A stretch of DNA of 64,000 bases from a virus (lineage: Duplodnaviria; Caudoviricetes), in IMG/VR virus record IMGVR_UViG_3300035034_000127, positions 1-64,000 of that record. One strand, written 5' to 3'. Below, one piece after another: positions 1 to 8,407 of the stretch. The notes beneath the pieces are model-generated. The model saw only the letters and a program-made list of their open reading frames with translations. It was not told where the DNA came from and made no database searches. The stretch's first letter is position 1, and every line of letters begins with the position of its first letter. Both the position numbers and the translations under genes were made by a program.

Positions 1-2
1 AA

Positions 3-1010
3 ATCTTACACTGCGTCTTTGGTCACCTTACCCGACGTGAGCAGCGTGAGCATCAGTTGTATAACATTGCTGCTGACTACATTGTAAACAACACCTTGGT
101 ACGAGACCGCATCGGCGAGATGCCTAAGATTGTGGACTGCTACCAGGACTTTAAATACGAAGGCTGGACTTCAGAAGAAGTGTACGATGATCTTTTTGAG
201 AAGTATGATGAGGATCAGCTAAAGGCACTAGGCGAGATGTTGGACGAGCACGTTGACTGGGAGAAAGGTGACGGCGAAGGTGACGGGGACGAAGGCGAAG
301 AAGGTGAGGATGGAAATGGCAACAAGGTCAGCAAAAAGCGTCCAAAATACTCAGAAGAAGACCTGCGTCAGATTCGCGACGACATTAAAGAGAACATGCT
401 GAGCGCAGCACAGGCAGCTGGAGCAGGCAATGTGCCAGCTGGTGTAGCTCGCATGATTAAAGATCTTACTGAGCCCAAGATGAACTGGCGCGAGCTGCTT
501 CGTCAGCAGATTCAAAGCACTATTCGAAATGACTTTACGTTTGCCAGGCCAAGTCGAAAAGGCCAAATGACCGGTGCTATATTGCCAGGCATGAACTTCG
601 ACGAAACTATTGATATCTGCGTAGCACTTGACATGTCAGGGTCAATTGGCGAAAGTCAAGCACGAGATTTCCTAAGCGAGATCAAAGGCATCATGGACGA
701 GTACATGGACTACAAGATAAAAGTCTGGTGCTTTGACACTGATGTATATAGCGAAGCAGACTTTAGTGCAGACGGTGGCGAAGACCTTACTAGCTACGAA
801 ATTAAAGGCGGCGGTGGCACTGACTTTATGGCAAATTGGAAGTATATGAAAGAACAGGGTATTGAGCCCAAGAAATTCATTATGTTCACAGACGGGTATG
901 CCTGGAACAGTTGGGGCGACGAAGACTACTGCGACACAGTGTTTGTTATCCATTCTAATAGCAACAAGGAACTACAGGCACCGTTTGGACAAACTGCGCA
1001 CTATGATTAA
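3..1010 (+). CDS. Putative metallopeptidase + vWA domain protein (DUF2201-like), 5' truncated by window edge
   Basis: Frame is open from base 3 (ILHCVFGH..., consistent with the tail of an HExxH motif), then NIAAD, an acidic linker and a vWA domain with MIDAS DMSGS, GGGTDF and FTDG. Confidence 0.8.
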   Translation: MLHCVFGHLTRREQREHQLYNIAADYIVNNTLVRDRIGEMPKIVDCYQDFKYEGWTSEEVYDDLFEKYDEDQLKALGEMLDEHVDWEKGDGEGDGDEGEEGEDGNGNKVSKKRPKYSEEDLRQIRDDIKENMLSAAQAAGAGNVPAGVARMIKDLTEPKMNWRELLRQQIQSTIRNDFTFARPSRKGQMTGAILPGMNFDETIDICVALDMSGSIGESQARDFLSEIKGIMDEYMDYKIKVWCFDTDVYSEADFSADGGEDLTSYEIKGGGGTDFMANWKYMKEQGIEPKKFIMFTDGYAWNSWGDEDYCDTVFVIHSNSNKELQAPFGQTAHYD

Positions 1011-1284
1011 AAATCTTAATCCAAATCCTTTTGATGTGTTAGGACTACGCAAAGTGGGGTTCGCTGAGCCCCACTTTGAGTACGTTAACGTTCCTATGAT
1101 TTACAACCTAGAAAGAAGTCTTGCTGAATGGATCTCTAAAAACTTAAAACACAAGTTTTATGTAGGACGTACTGTTGTTCTTGATCACGATAACAAAATT
1201 GTGCAAGTTGTAACTGTTGGGTTTGAAGAATCAAAAGATGCAAGTTATTTCATGTTAGCATGTCCTTATCTAAAATATAAATAA
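1003..1284 (+). CDS. Hypothetical phage protein (93 aa)
   Basis: ATG at 1003 overlaps the previous stop; preferred over the ORF-track start at 862, which lies deep inside the upstream gene. Confidence 0.7.
   Translation: MIKNLNPNPFDVLGLRKVGFAEPHFEYVNVPMIYNLERSLAEWISKNLKHKFYVGRTVVLDHDNKIVQVVTVGFEESKDASYFMLACPYLKYK
1276..1283 (+). promoter_or_regulatory. T4-type late promoter TATAAATA
   Basis: Exact T4 gp55 consensus just upstream of the next gene. Confidence 0.65.
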
Positions 1285-1320
1285 ATAAAGTACGCACATA
1301 ACATTATGAGGAGAACTATT

Positions 1321-1545
1321 TTGAGCGAAGACGAACAGGCAGTATCACAAGAAGTTGAACAGAAAGAAGCTGAAAAAAGTCCTGACTTGACAATACAAGA
1401 TCTATCAGCTATCAAAAGCATTATTGATATATCTTGCCAGCGGGGAGCATTCAAGCCCGGCGAGATGGCCGCAGTTGGGCAAACATACAACAAATTAGAA
1501 GCATTTTTAAAAGCAGTATTAGCACAGCAAGATCAAGGAGCATAA
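1321..1545 (+). CDS. Small hypothetical phage protein
   Basis: GAGGAG at 1308-1313 is well spaced for TTG 1321 (alternative ATG 1306). Core LTIQDL...IID...RGAFK...VG..YNKL. Confidence 0.7.
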   Translation: MSEDEQAVSQEVEQKEAEKSPDLTIQDLSAIKSIIDISCQRGAFKPGEMAAVGQTYNKLEAFLKAVLAQQDQGA

Positions 1546-1546
1546 T

Positions 1547-2146
1547 ATGCTAAAACACGTAGGTCGTATGGCCAACAATAAAAGAAAAGTAGTAGTTGCT
1601 TATAAGGTAGTACCAGACGATGAGCATAACTGTATCGTAATTACTACTGAGAACTTAATGGCCGAAGAACACGATGCCCTTATTAAGTTAGTAGAAAGTG
1701 CAGCGGGACAACAAGCTGAAGATCTAGCAACAGTAATGTCCCGCACTCCTTTGCCAGATGGACGGAATATGCTAGCATCGTTTCATCACACAGGTAAGAT
1801 GGTTAAAGTACCAACTAACACCGTGCAGATGACACCTACTGCAAATGACCACATCATGTTAGATGAGCTTAACGATCTCATTGCATCGCAGCGCGGAGTT
1901 ACGCTAAGAGAATTAGCAATGTTAAATCCTTCTAAGGCAGATAGAAAAGATAATGTCGTGGCACCAACTAATGACGCAATGTCATTGGATGCCCCTGCTG
2001 TACTAACAGACGAGCAACTAGCTACTCAATATCGATCGCAGGCTAATGCAATGTACAAAGAAGCAAAGCGACTAAGAGAACAAGCTGAAGAGCTAGTGCC
2101 AACAAAGAAAAAAGTAGCCCCAAAGGCAACAAAAGCTCGTGCATGA
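1547..2146 (+). CDS. Hypothetical protein with C-terminal coiled coil and basic tail
   Basis: 199-aa ORF with AAGGAG RBS, tightly packed with neighbours. Confidence 0.8.
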   Translation: MLKHVGRMANNKRKVVVAYKVVPDDEHNCIVITTENLMAEEHDALIKLVESAAGQQAEDLATVMSRTPLPDGRNMLASFHHTGKMVKVPTNTVQMTPTANDHIMLDELNDLIASQRGVTLRELAMLNPSKADRKDNVVAPTNDAMSLDAPAVLTDEQLATQYRSQANAMYKEAKRLREQAEELVPTKKKVAPKATKARA

Positions 2147-2441
2147 TAAGCTACCTCCAGAAGTAATAGAACACTGGCCTGAAATATTTAAAGATGTTGA
2201 AATAAAAGCAGTTCCTATTGAATATATCAGCAGTGTTATAGTAACGTTTGATGACGGGAAAATATGGGAAATAGAATTAGATAAAGAAAATAGTCCGTTA
2301 GAAGCTCTTGACAAAACGCTTGATTCTTTTTTTGATGAATACGACGAATATATTGAATCAGTTGATTTTAGATTAGATACAGAACAGGTTATAAAAGACA
2401 TTAAAGCCCGCACAAAACAGTTCCTCAAAAAGAGAAAGTAA
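2139..2441 (+). CDS. Hypothetical acidic protein
   Basis: 100-aa ORF overlapping the upstream stop by 8 nt. Confidence 0.7.
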   Translation: MHDKLPPEVIEHWPEIFKDVEIKAVPIEYISSVIVTFDDGKIWEIELDKENSPLEALDKTLDSFFDEYDEYIESVDFRLDTEQVIKDIKARTKQFLKKRK

Positions 2442-2445
2442 AGTC

Positions 2446-2498
2446 CTCTTAAGATATCTTATACTCTGCATAAATACGTGTATAGCATATCTTAGGAG
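2446..2498 (+). promoter_or_regulatory. RBS-sequestering hairpin with late promoter (CATAAATA, 2469-2476) in its loop
   Basis: 2446-2464 pairs with 2480-2498 (19 positions, 2 G-U, 1 C-C mismatch); the 3' arm contains AGGAG, the RBS of the gene at 2507. Confidence 0.75.
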
Positions 2499-2506
2499 TT
2501 TTTATA

Positions 2507-3886
2507 ATGGCCCTACGTTTACGACGCGGCACCGAAGCACAACGATTATCAATAACGCCAGAAGAAGGCGAATTGATATACACCACAGATGAAAAAGCTT
2601 TATGGATAGGTGATAGTGACTCTACTCAAGGCGGTACACTAGTTACTGGCACTGGTGGTTCATCTCGACTAGACCAACTTTTTGACGTTGATAGTGCGTC
2701 ATTTGTAAACGGTGGTGTACTAAGTTATAGCAATGGCTTCTGGAGTAGTACGCTGCTTCCACTTGCACAATTAGCTGATGTTGAGCTAACTAGCCTTGCT
2801 GACAATCAAATTTTAATGTGGAACGAATCTGCAGAACAGTGGAGTGGCTCGTTTGTGACTCTATCTCAGCTGGCCGACGTCAACCTAGGCGCAGTTGCCG
2901 AAGGTGATATACTAGTATACGATGCAGGTACACTTAAATGGATATCTTCTAACGGGGACAGTTTAATAGGGTTGAATCAATTATCTAATGTAGATCTTGG
3001 CTCAGTTACCGACGGCGATTTATTAGGATATGATTCAGATACAAACCGATGGACTGCAACCACATTCAATGCTGCTGGACTAGTACCAGGCAATAGCTAT
3101 AACATAGGTCTGACAGCAGATGATGACTCACCGCTTGTTGACTCTGCAACTAAGACACACTACGGCAGCTTCTACGGAGGACTGTACTCCGATGATGGAC
3201 TAGTGCTAATAAACAGTAATACTGGAATTGCATCTACTTCTGCTGGTGATACTCTGATAGACTTTACTACCGGTGAATTCACAGGTACACTAACAGGAGA
3301 TGTTGACGGTGATGTAACAGGCAATGTATTTGGTAGTGACTCTTCTCTATTAGTAGACGGTGTCAACAGTGAGCTAACAGGTCTAGTAACAGGCGATGTT
3401 TCGACATCTTTCCTAGAAGTTAGCAAAGACAATACTATTGCAGATCAGGCTGCAATAGTATCATTTAACGGAATATCAGGAACGTACATTCCGTTTGTTG
3501 AAGTTAATAGTACAGCAGGTACTATCGTAGCTCCAGTTGATCAGATTGCAGGAGCCGGCGTTGGTGGCTATCGAATTAATACTACTATCTCAGGCACAAA
3601 TAAAACAATAACCGCTTTAATTAGTACACTAGCGTCTGATGCAGATACTAGCACTGTTAATCCTAAAGCAATCACTCAACTAGCAGTTGGAGGTAATAAC
3701 AGCCTTTCTTTCTTTAACTTTAACGGAAACGGAATATTCAGTGTACCTACTGCAATTAAGACCGGAGTATTTGTTGATGCTACAGACAGAGATGCCGCAG
3801 TTATCACTCCAGAAGCAGGAACTATTGTATTAACCGGAACAACATTCCAGGGATATAACGGTACTAATTGGGTCGACTTAAACTAA
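2507..3886 (+). CDS. Virion fibre/appendage protein with Mtd_N-like N-terminal attachment domain
   Basis: N-terminus LRRGT...P.EGELIYTTDEK.LWIGD typical of phage fibre anchor domains; Gly/Ser/Thr/Asp-rich; internal repeats; C-terminal FQGYNGTNWVDL; late promoter upstream. Confidence 0.7.
   Translation: MALRLRRGTEAQRLSITPEEGELIYTTDEKALWIGDSDSTQGGTLVTGTGGSSRLDQLFDVDSASFVNGGVLSYSNGFWSSTLLPLAQLADVELTSLADNQILMWNESAEQWSGSFVTLSQLADVNLGAVAEGDILVYDAGTLKWISSNGDSLIGLNQLSNVDLGSVTDGDLLGYDSDTNRWTATTFNAAGLVPGNSYNIGLTADDDSPLVDSATKTHYGSFYGGLYSDDGLVLINSNTGIASTSAGDTLIDFTTGEFTGTLTGDVDGDVTGNVFGSDSSLLVDGVNSELTGLVTGDVSTSFLEVSKDNTIADQAAIVSFNGISGTYIPFVEVNSTAGTIVAPVDQIAGAGVGGYRINTTISGTNKTITALISTLASDADTSTVNPKAITQLAVGGNNSLSFFNFNGNGIFSVPTAIKTGVFVDATDRDAAVITPEAGTIVLTGTTFQGYNGTNWVDLN
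2669..3058 (+). repeat. Four ~33-aa protein repeats L.QL.DV......G..L.Y......W
   Basis: LDQLFDV...VLSYSNGFW; LAQLADV...ILMWNESAEQW; LSQLADV...ILVYDAGTLKW; LNQLSNV...LLGYDSDTNRW. Confidence 0.8.
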
Positions 3887-3896
3887 TACCAAAGTT

Positions 3897-3955
3897 TCAT
3901 TAATGCTACTCCTTACTAATATAAATAAGATTATTAAAGGATATAGCATTAATGA
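3897..3955 (+). promoter_or_regulatory. Hairpin sequestering RBS and start codon, with late promoter TATAAATA (3920-3927) at the loop
   Basis: TCATTAATGCTA (3897-3908) is the exact reverse complement of TAGCATTAATGA (3944-3955, includes ATG 3952); TCCTT (3910-3914) pairs with AAGGA (3937-3941). Confidence 0.8.
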
Positions 3956-4758
3956 TAAAAGGTATAAACAACACTCCGTATTTTAATCTTGAATCTCACG
4001 TTGATATGTCAACGTTTGAAAATCTTCAACCAGAGATAATCAGAGGGATCTCTGAAGCAAGGCACTGTGCCAAAGAAGGTACATGGATGAGGCCGGGCTT
4101 TGACCAGAGCCAAGGAAGTTATAAGTGGCACTGGAAACCTATATTCCAGGCTCTAGACGAATATCTTGCACTACCAGACAACAACCCTATTAAGCAAGGA
4201 GGGTGGGATCTGTACTGCAATATCAAAGACCACGAAACACGTAATAAGTTTACTCGATACCTCAAATTAGCACTAGGTGCATACGATCCTTATACTTACT
4301 ATTTCTTATGGGAAGAGGGTTCGTGGGACGACAGAACTGCACTTCGTCAGCTTACTCCAGAAGCACAATACTTTCCTAACGTAGTTAATTGGGTAGAAAG
4401 TATGATCACTAATAATATATTTGAACATGTGGGCAGAGTAATTTTCTTTGTATGTGAGCACGGAGGTTATCCTTTTGAACATCGTGACCTCGATGGCAAT
4501 AAAGGAATGGATCAAACATATAGCCCTCATCGTAACGAGTTTATTCACATACGTCCTAACACTAAGAAAGCGTTTTACCTTTGGGATCCTGAGAAGAAAA
4601 ATAAGGTATACATAAACGCACAAGCCGCATGGTGGAATGACCAAGACTGGCACGGCGGCGAAATGATTATGGAACAGAGTTATGGTCTAAGAATTGACGG
4701 AAAGTTCACCCAAGAGTTTAGAACAAAGCTGGGTTTATCGCACTTGGAGAATTACTAA
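3952..4758 (+). CDS. Putative 2OG-Fe(II) oxygenase (DSBH fold)
   Basis: HxD (EHRD), distal His (DWHGG) and downstream Arg (GLRID). Confidence 0.6.
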   Translation: MIKGINNTPYFNLESHVDMSTFENLQPEIIRGISEARHCAKEGTWMRPGFDQSQGSYKWHWKPIFQALDEYLALPDNNPIKQGGWDLYCNIKDHETRNKFTRYLKLALGAYDPYTYYFLWEEGSWDDRTALRQLTPEAQYFPNVVNWVESMITNNIFEHVGRVIFFVCEHGGYPFEHRDLDGNKGMDQTYSPHRNEFIHIRPNTKKAFYLWDPEKKNKVYINAQAAWWNDQDWHGGEMIMEQSYGLRIDGKFTQEFRTKLGLSHLENY

Positions 4759-5304
4759 TTGAAGTATGTAGGAAACTTTATAGACAAAGTGCCAGACGGC
4801 CTAATAGAAACACTGCTTACTGAAGACGGTGAAATTACTCCCGTTTACCAGCCAGACAAGTGGCAGGGTAGTCCTGAAATTGAAGCTGCTCTCAAACAAG
4901 TCGAAGATGCAGGATATCCTGCGCTAGACTACTACTTTCATCAGTACACTGATAATACAAAATGCATGCAGTCGTTCGTCGACGATCTCAAGTGGTTAAA
5001 ACTTGACGGCGTTGTGCCTAGAAGGTTTGATCGTCACCATTGGTGGATTGTTAAATATAATCCTGGAGATATGCAGCCTATGCATGTTGATCCGCATGTT
5101 CGCGACGCAAAAGAGTGTTTGCGTTATACTATGATGCTAACTGACTTTGCTGAAGGGCACATACTAACGCACGACGATTTTATGCTAACTGATTACAAAG
5201 CAGGCGATTTATTTTTATGGGAGGACTACTATTGTTATCATGGCGCAGTTAACATTGGATACACCCCCCGCATATCTTTACAAGTGAGCTTCTATAACAA
5301 ATGA
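4759..5304 (+). CDS. Putative 2OG-Fe(II) oxygenase
   Basis: PMHVD ... YHGAVNIGYTPRISLQV: HxD...H triad plus RxS. Confidence 0.75.
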   Translation: MKYVGNFIDKVPDGLIETLLTEDGEITPVYQPDKWQGSPEIEAALKQVEDAGYPALDYYFHQYTDNTKCMQSFVDDLKWLKLDGVVPRRFDRHHWWIVKYNPGDMQPMHVDPHVRDAKECLRYTMMLTDFAEGHILTHDDFMLTDYKAGDLFLWEDYYCYHGAVNIGYTPRISLQVSFYNK

Positions 5305-5882
5305 AATATATCGGAAACTGCAAGGAATGGATTCAACCCTGGTGGATCGAAAGAATATTAAGCACCGACGGAGATATCTCGCCGCTGCACCAACCACAAA
5401 ATCAAAACGGCGAGCTGCCTGAACAGCAGGAACTTTATAAAAACTTCTGTAGCGCTGGGTTCGACAAACGAAAGTTTTACGTAAATATGTATACTCAGAA
5501 TAAGACTAAAGATATTTTAGACTTTAAAGTTGAGGCGCCGGAACTTATTGACATGACTGGAAAAGTTTGGAAGTGGTGGTTTATTAAAACTATGCCTGGT
5601 CAATTGTCTCATTGGCATTTTGATCCTCACACAGTGTATTATAAAGATTCAGAGAGGTACTGGATTGCGTTACACGACTACGAACCTGGACAGATATTTA
5701 CGTGGAAAGGTGGGAAACTATTAACTGATTTTATTGCAGGCGATATTTTTAAATTTGACAAGCCGCACATGATGCATGGTACGGCTAATATAAGTATGAA
5801 TCCCAGATACAGTTTTCAGTGCACTGTGCACAAGCCCGAGAAGGTCAGTCTATATAACAAGAAGTATTATACTATAGATTAA
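5301..5882 (+). CDS. Putative 2OG-Fe(II) oxygenase (paralogue of upstream gene)
   Basis: WHFDPH ... MHGTANISMNPRYSFQ; shares MKY.GN, LTD..AGD.F with 4759-5304. Confidence 0.75.
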   Translation: MKYIGNCKEWIQPWWIERILSTDGDISPLHQPQNQNGELPEQQELYKNFCSAGFDKRKFYVNMYTQNKTKDILDFKVEAPELIDMTGKVWKWWFIKTMPGQLSHWHFDPHTVYYKDSERYWIALHDYEPGQIFTWKGGKLLTDFIAGDIFKFDKPHMMHGTANISMNPRYSFQCTVHKPEKVSLYNKKYYTID

Positions 5883-6409
5883 GAATAAGCTAAAAAATTA
5901 TACTGATACTTAGGAACCAACCCTACATTAGCTCCTGCATGCCAAGCACGGTAATCGTTCCATTCATAGATATTACCGTTTGCTTGGTTGTAGAAACATT
6001 CGTTCTCAACTATGCTAATATGCCCAACTGCTGGTTCGCCTATAAAACAAACAAATCGTCGTAGTTTTCCAAGTTTAAGATATTCTTCTTCGTTGTAGTC
6101 AATGTCGTAATGCCACGGAGCAGTGTAACCTGGATCAACGCGACTAATCCACGATCTAATGTGAGTAACGCCTATAATATTCTCAAACTGTTTTTCGACA
6201 TTGTAGCCATAGTCAGTTGCGTAATAGTTAGTCCACTTTATAGAATCTTGATTATACCCTGCTGCATCCCACATATTAAATAATCTTTCGTATTTTAATC
6301 CAGTAAGAACTGTTCGGTCAAGTATAATTTCTTTACCTGGTAGTTCCGAAATTTTGTTTATTATTGAGCCCCAGCCAGGATCATAATTTGTTACGTATCT
6401 ACAAGTCAT
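5879..6409 (-). CDS. Putative 2OG-Fe(II) oxygenase
   Basis: PGYTAPWHYD ... WHAGANVGLVPKY. Confidence 0.72.
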   Translation of the reverse strand: MTCRYVTNYDPGWGSIINKISELPGKEIILDRTVLTGLKYERLFNMWDAAGYNQDSIKWTNYYATDYGYNVEKQFENIIGVTHIRSWISRVDPGYTAPWHYDIDYNEEEYLKLGKLRRFVCFIGEPAVGHISIVENECFYNQANGNIYEWNDYRAWHAGANVGLVPKYQYNFLAYS

Positions 6410-6430
6410 AAATTTCCATATCGTCTAGTG

Positions 6431-6464
6431 TCTATTAGTATTTACGATAATTAATAGTAATAGA
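6431..6464. promoter_or_regulatory. Divergent intergenic region with late-promoter-like motifs inside an inverted repeat
   Basis: TAAATA on minus at 6439-6444, variant GATAATTA on plus at 6446-6453; TCTATTAgTATT (6431-6442) pairs with AATAgTAATAGA (6453-6464). Confidence 0.5.
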
Positions 6465-6472
6465 GGAATATC

Positions 6473-7168
6473 ATGGAATACTACTATAATCAAAAGTTAA
6501 ACGAGCCGCCGTGGCGTAACAACCTCGTATATACTAGTCTTATTAATAAAGATCATACTATTTTTTGTCAATGGTTTCATAACGATTCAGACTATCATAA
6601 GGGCCAAAACGAAGTCATAGACCAATGCTTAATGGATGAAAAATGGAACAGAGAAGTAAAGTATCTTTCGATTATGCAGCAAGAGTACCCACATCTAGTT
6701 CCTGAAGTAATTAGCATAGATCACAAAGAAAGAAAGGTCCTTCTTAAAATTGACGGTCCAGATTTATGGCAACGTAGTTTAGCTCAAGACGAATGCTCAT
6801 TTGATAAGATACTGCCTAATTGGGAATCCCAAATGCTAGAGATTGTACAGGCACACAAGGACCTAGGATTTTACAAGTTTTCGATGCATCCAAACAGTTA
6901 TTTTATCGTAGACGGGCAACTGAAAAGCATTAACTATTTTTTTGTGTACGCAGCGTCTGAGAAGGTTGTACGCATCAAAGACTTCATTAGCCACATTAGC
7001 CACAACCGTAGAACAGATTTAATAGCATATTCAGAAAAACTAGGCATAGACTGGCAGGAAGAAACACCGTTAACTAAAATACAGCAGCTAGCGTTTGACA
7101 GTTTTCGTAGTAACTACCCTAATGAATTTATTGATGCTGCCCAGGAGATATACCAGTGTACGAAGTAG
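6473..7168 (+). CDS. Protein-kinase-like fold protein with non-canonical active site
   Basis: REVKYL (alphaC-like), VPEVISID, GFYKFSMHPNSYFIVDGQLKSINYF matching the spacing of G..HRDLKPxN...LK..DFG but without the Asp residues. Confidence 0.55.
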   Translation: MEYYYNQKLNEPPWRNNLVYTSLINKDHTIFCQWFHNDSDYHKGQNEVIDQCLMDEKWNREVKYLSIMQQEYPHLVPEVISIDHKERKVLLKIDGPDLWQRSLAQDECSFDKILPNWESQMLEIVQAHKDLGFYKFSMHPNSYFIVDGQLKSINYFFVYAASEKVVRIKDFISHISHNRRTDLIAYSEKLGIDWQEETPLTKIQQLAFDSFRSNYPNEFIDAAQEIYQCTK

Positions 7169-7713
7169 TTCAGTGGTCCTCCAAACTTGATCTAGCTGAA
7201 TTTTATAAAGAAGCTGATACTAGGGGATTTGTAAACAACGCTAGTCAAAAAGTTATGATCGATTGTTTTGCTAACGAACGTAAGTGGAATGCGTGGATTT
7301 TGTATAAAGACAGTAAAGCAATTGGTTCTGTTGCTGCCCATAGTTTTGACGACGTTATGGGACAAGACAGTTATCGTATATTAACAAGAGTATGCACATT
7401 TGGCGAAGCAAGGAAAGCAAAAGGTCTAACAACCGCAAAGAGATTATGCGGTGAGCATCAAAATCTCACAGACCAGTTTCTTCTGCCTAAGTGCATAGAA
7501 TGGGCTGGTCGAGAAAACTTATACGCAACATCAAATGCCAACACCGCAGCGAGTCAGCGTCTAGTACATTCTATTTATTTTCCTACTTTAGAAAAAATCG
7601 GAGTAGTAACTAGGATAAAAAACGTTCACTATCGCCATACTGACCAAACAGTATGGCAAATTAATGTAGACGAGTTTGAGGAGAACCTAGCTAAGTATCC
7701 TAGGTGGGTTTAA
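7156..7713 (+). CDS. Putative GNAT-fold acyltransferase
   Basis: WILYKDSKAIGSVAAH...YRILTRVC...LYATSN...ASQRL pattern resembles GNAT strand order and the NxxS motif. Confidence 0.45.
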   Translation: MYEVVQWSSKLDLAEFYKEADTRGFVNNASQKVMIDCFANERKWNAWILYKDSKAIGSVAAHSFDDVMGQDSYRILTRVCTFGEARKAKGLTTAKRLCGEHQNLTDQFLLPKCIEWAGRENLYATSNANTAASQRLVHSIYFPTLEKIGVVTRIKNVHYRHTDQTVWQINVDEFEENLAKYPRWV

Positions 7714-8407
7714 AAATCTTATCATACATATTAGACAGCACTTCGTTTGGCCATTCTATATGTGTAGAAATTGAACGCTTACAGAACTTTTCTAAGTCTA
7801 GTTTGTCTTCGTCAATTGCTTCGTCAAATCGGTGTCCTGAGTTTGTACCCATTAATCCCTTAATATCTTTAAGGTACATGTACGGAAACTCTTTGCCCGC
7901 AGTTGCATAAAAGTCAAACGTCTTAAGAACGCCGTTACTTATGAAATAACAATGCGGGTATAAACTAACTTTATAATATCCTGAATCTATAATATCCTGT
8001 AATATTCTTAACATCTGCTCTTCCCAGTTTGGTAGAACGTCGACTATGTTTCTTCCAGAATAAATGATATGGTTAAGCGTTTCGCCGCCCCATTCGATAA
8101 ATATCTTCTTAGTGTTATAATCTATTTCGACAATATTTGGTGCCCACAGCTTATCTTGAAATAGCATTAAGTATTTTACTTCTCGATAAAAAACGTAATC
8201 AACTAATTCTTTAGTATAGTCTGGTCGCTCAGGTAACCATTGTGCTAGGTCGGTAGTCTGGTATGCATTTGTGTGATCAAAGTGCATACATAGTACATCA
8301 TTTTCTTTATTTGCTAAAGGAGTATAAACCATATTAGTTCCGGCCTTCTCCATATCATACGACTTGTACTTATATACAGGATCCCATGTTGAGGTATCAA
8401 TACTCAT
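7700..8407 (-). CDS. Protein-kinase-like fold protein (paralogue of 6473-7168)
   Basis: Shares N.VYT.L.NK, REVKYL, LPNWE.QML.I.Q; GYYKVSLYPHCYFISNGVLKTFDFY. Confidence 0.6.
   Translation of the reverse strand: MSIDTSTWDPVYKYKSYDMEKAGTNMVYTPLANKENDVLCMHFDHTNAYQTTDLAQWLPERPDYTKELVDYVFYREVKYLMLFQDKLWAPNIVEIDYNTKKIFIEWGGETLNHIIYSGRNIVDVLPNWEEQMLRILQDIIDSGYYKVSLYPHCYFISNGVLKTFDFYATAGKEFPYMYLKDIKGLMGTNSGHRFDEAIDEDKLDLEKFCKRSISTHIEWPNEVLSNMYDKIFKPT

Noticed and set aside
1263-1312. Third RBS-sequestering hairpin (TCCTTAT with ATGAGGA) around TATAAATA 1276
   Set aside because: Only 7 bp with a G-U pair over a 36-nt loop; too weak to claim without folding calculations.
2507-3886. Possible diversity-generating retroelement target because of the Mtd_N-like domain
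   Set aside because: No reverse transcriptase and no template/variable repeat pair seen in this window; Mtd_N is only an anchor domain.
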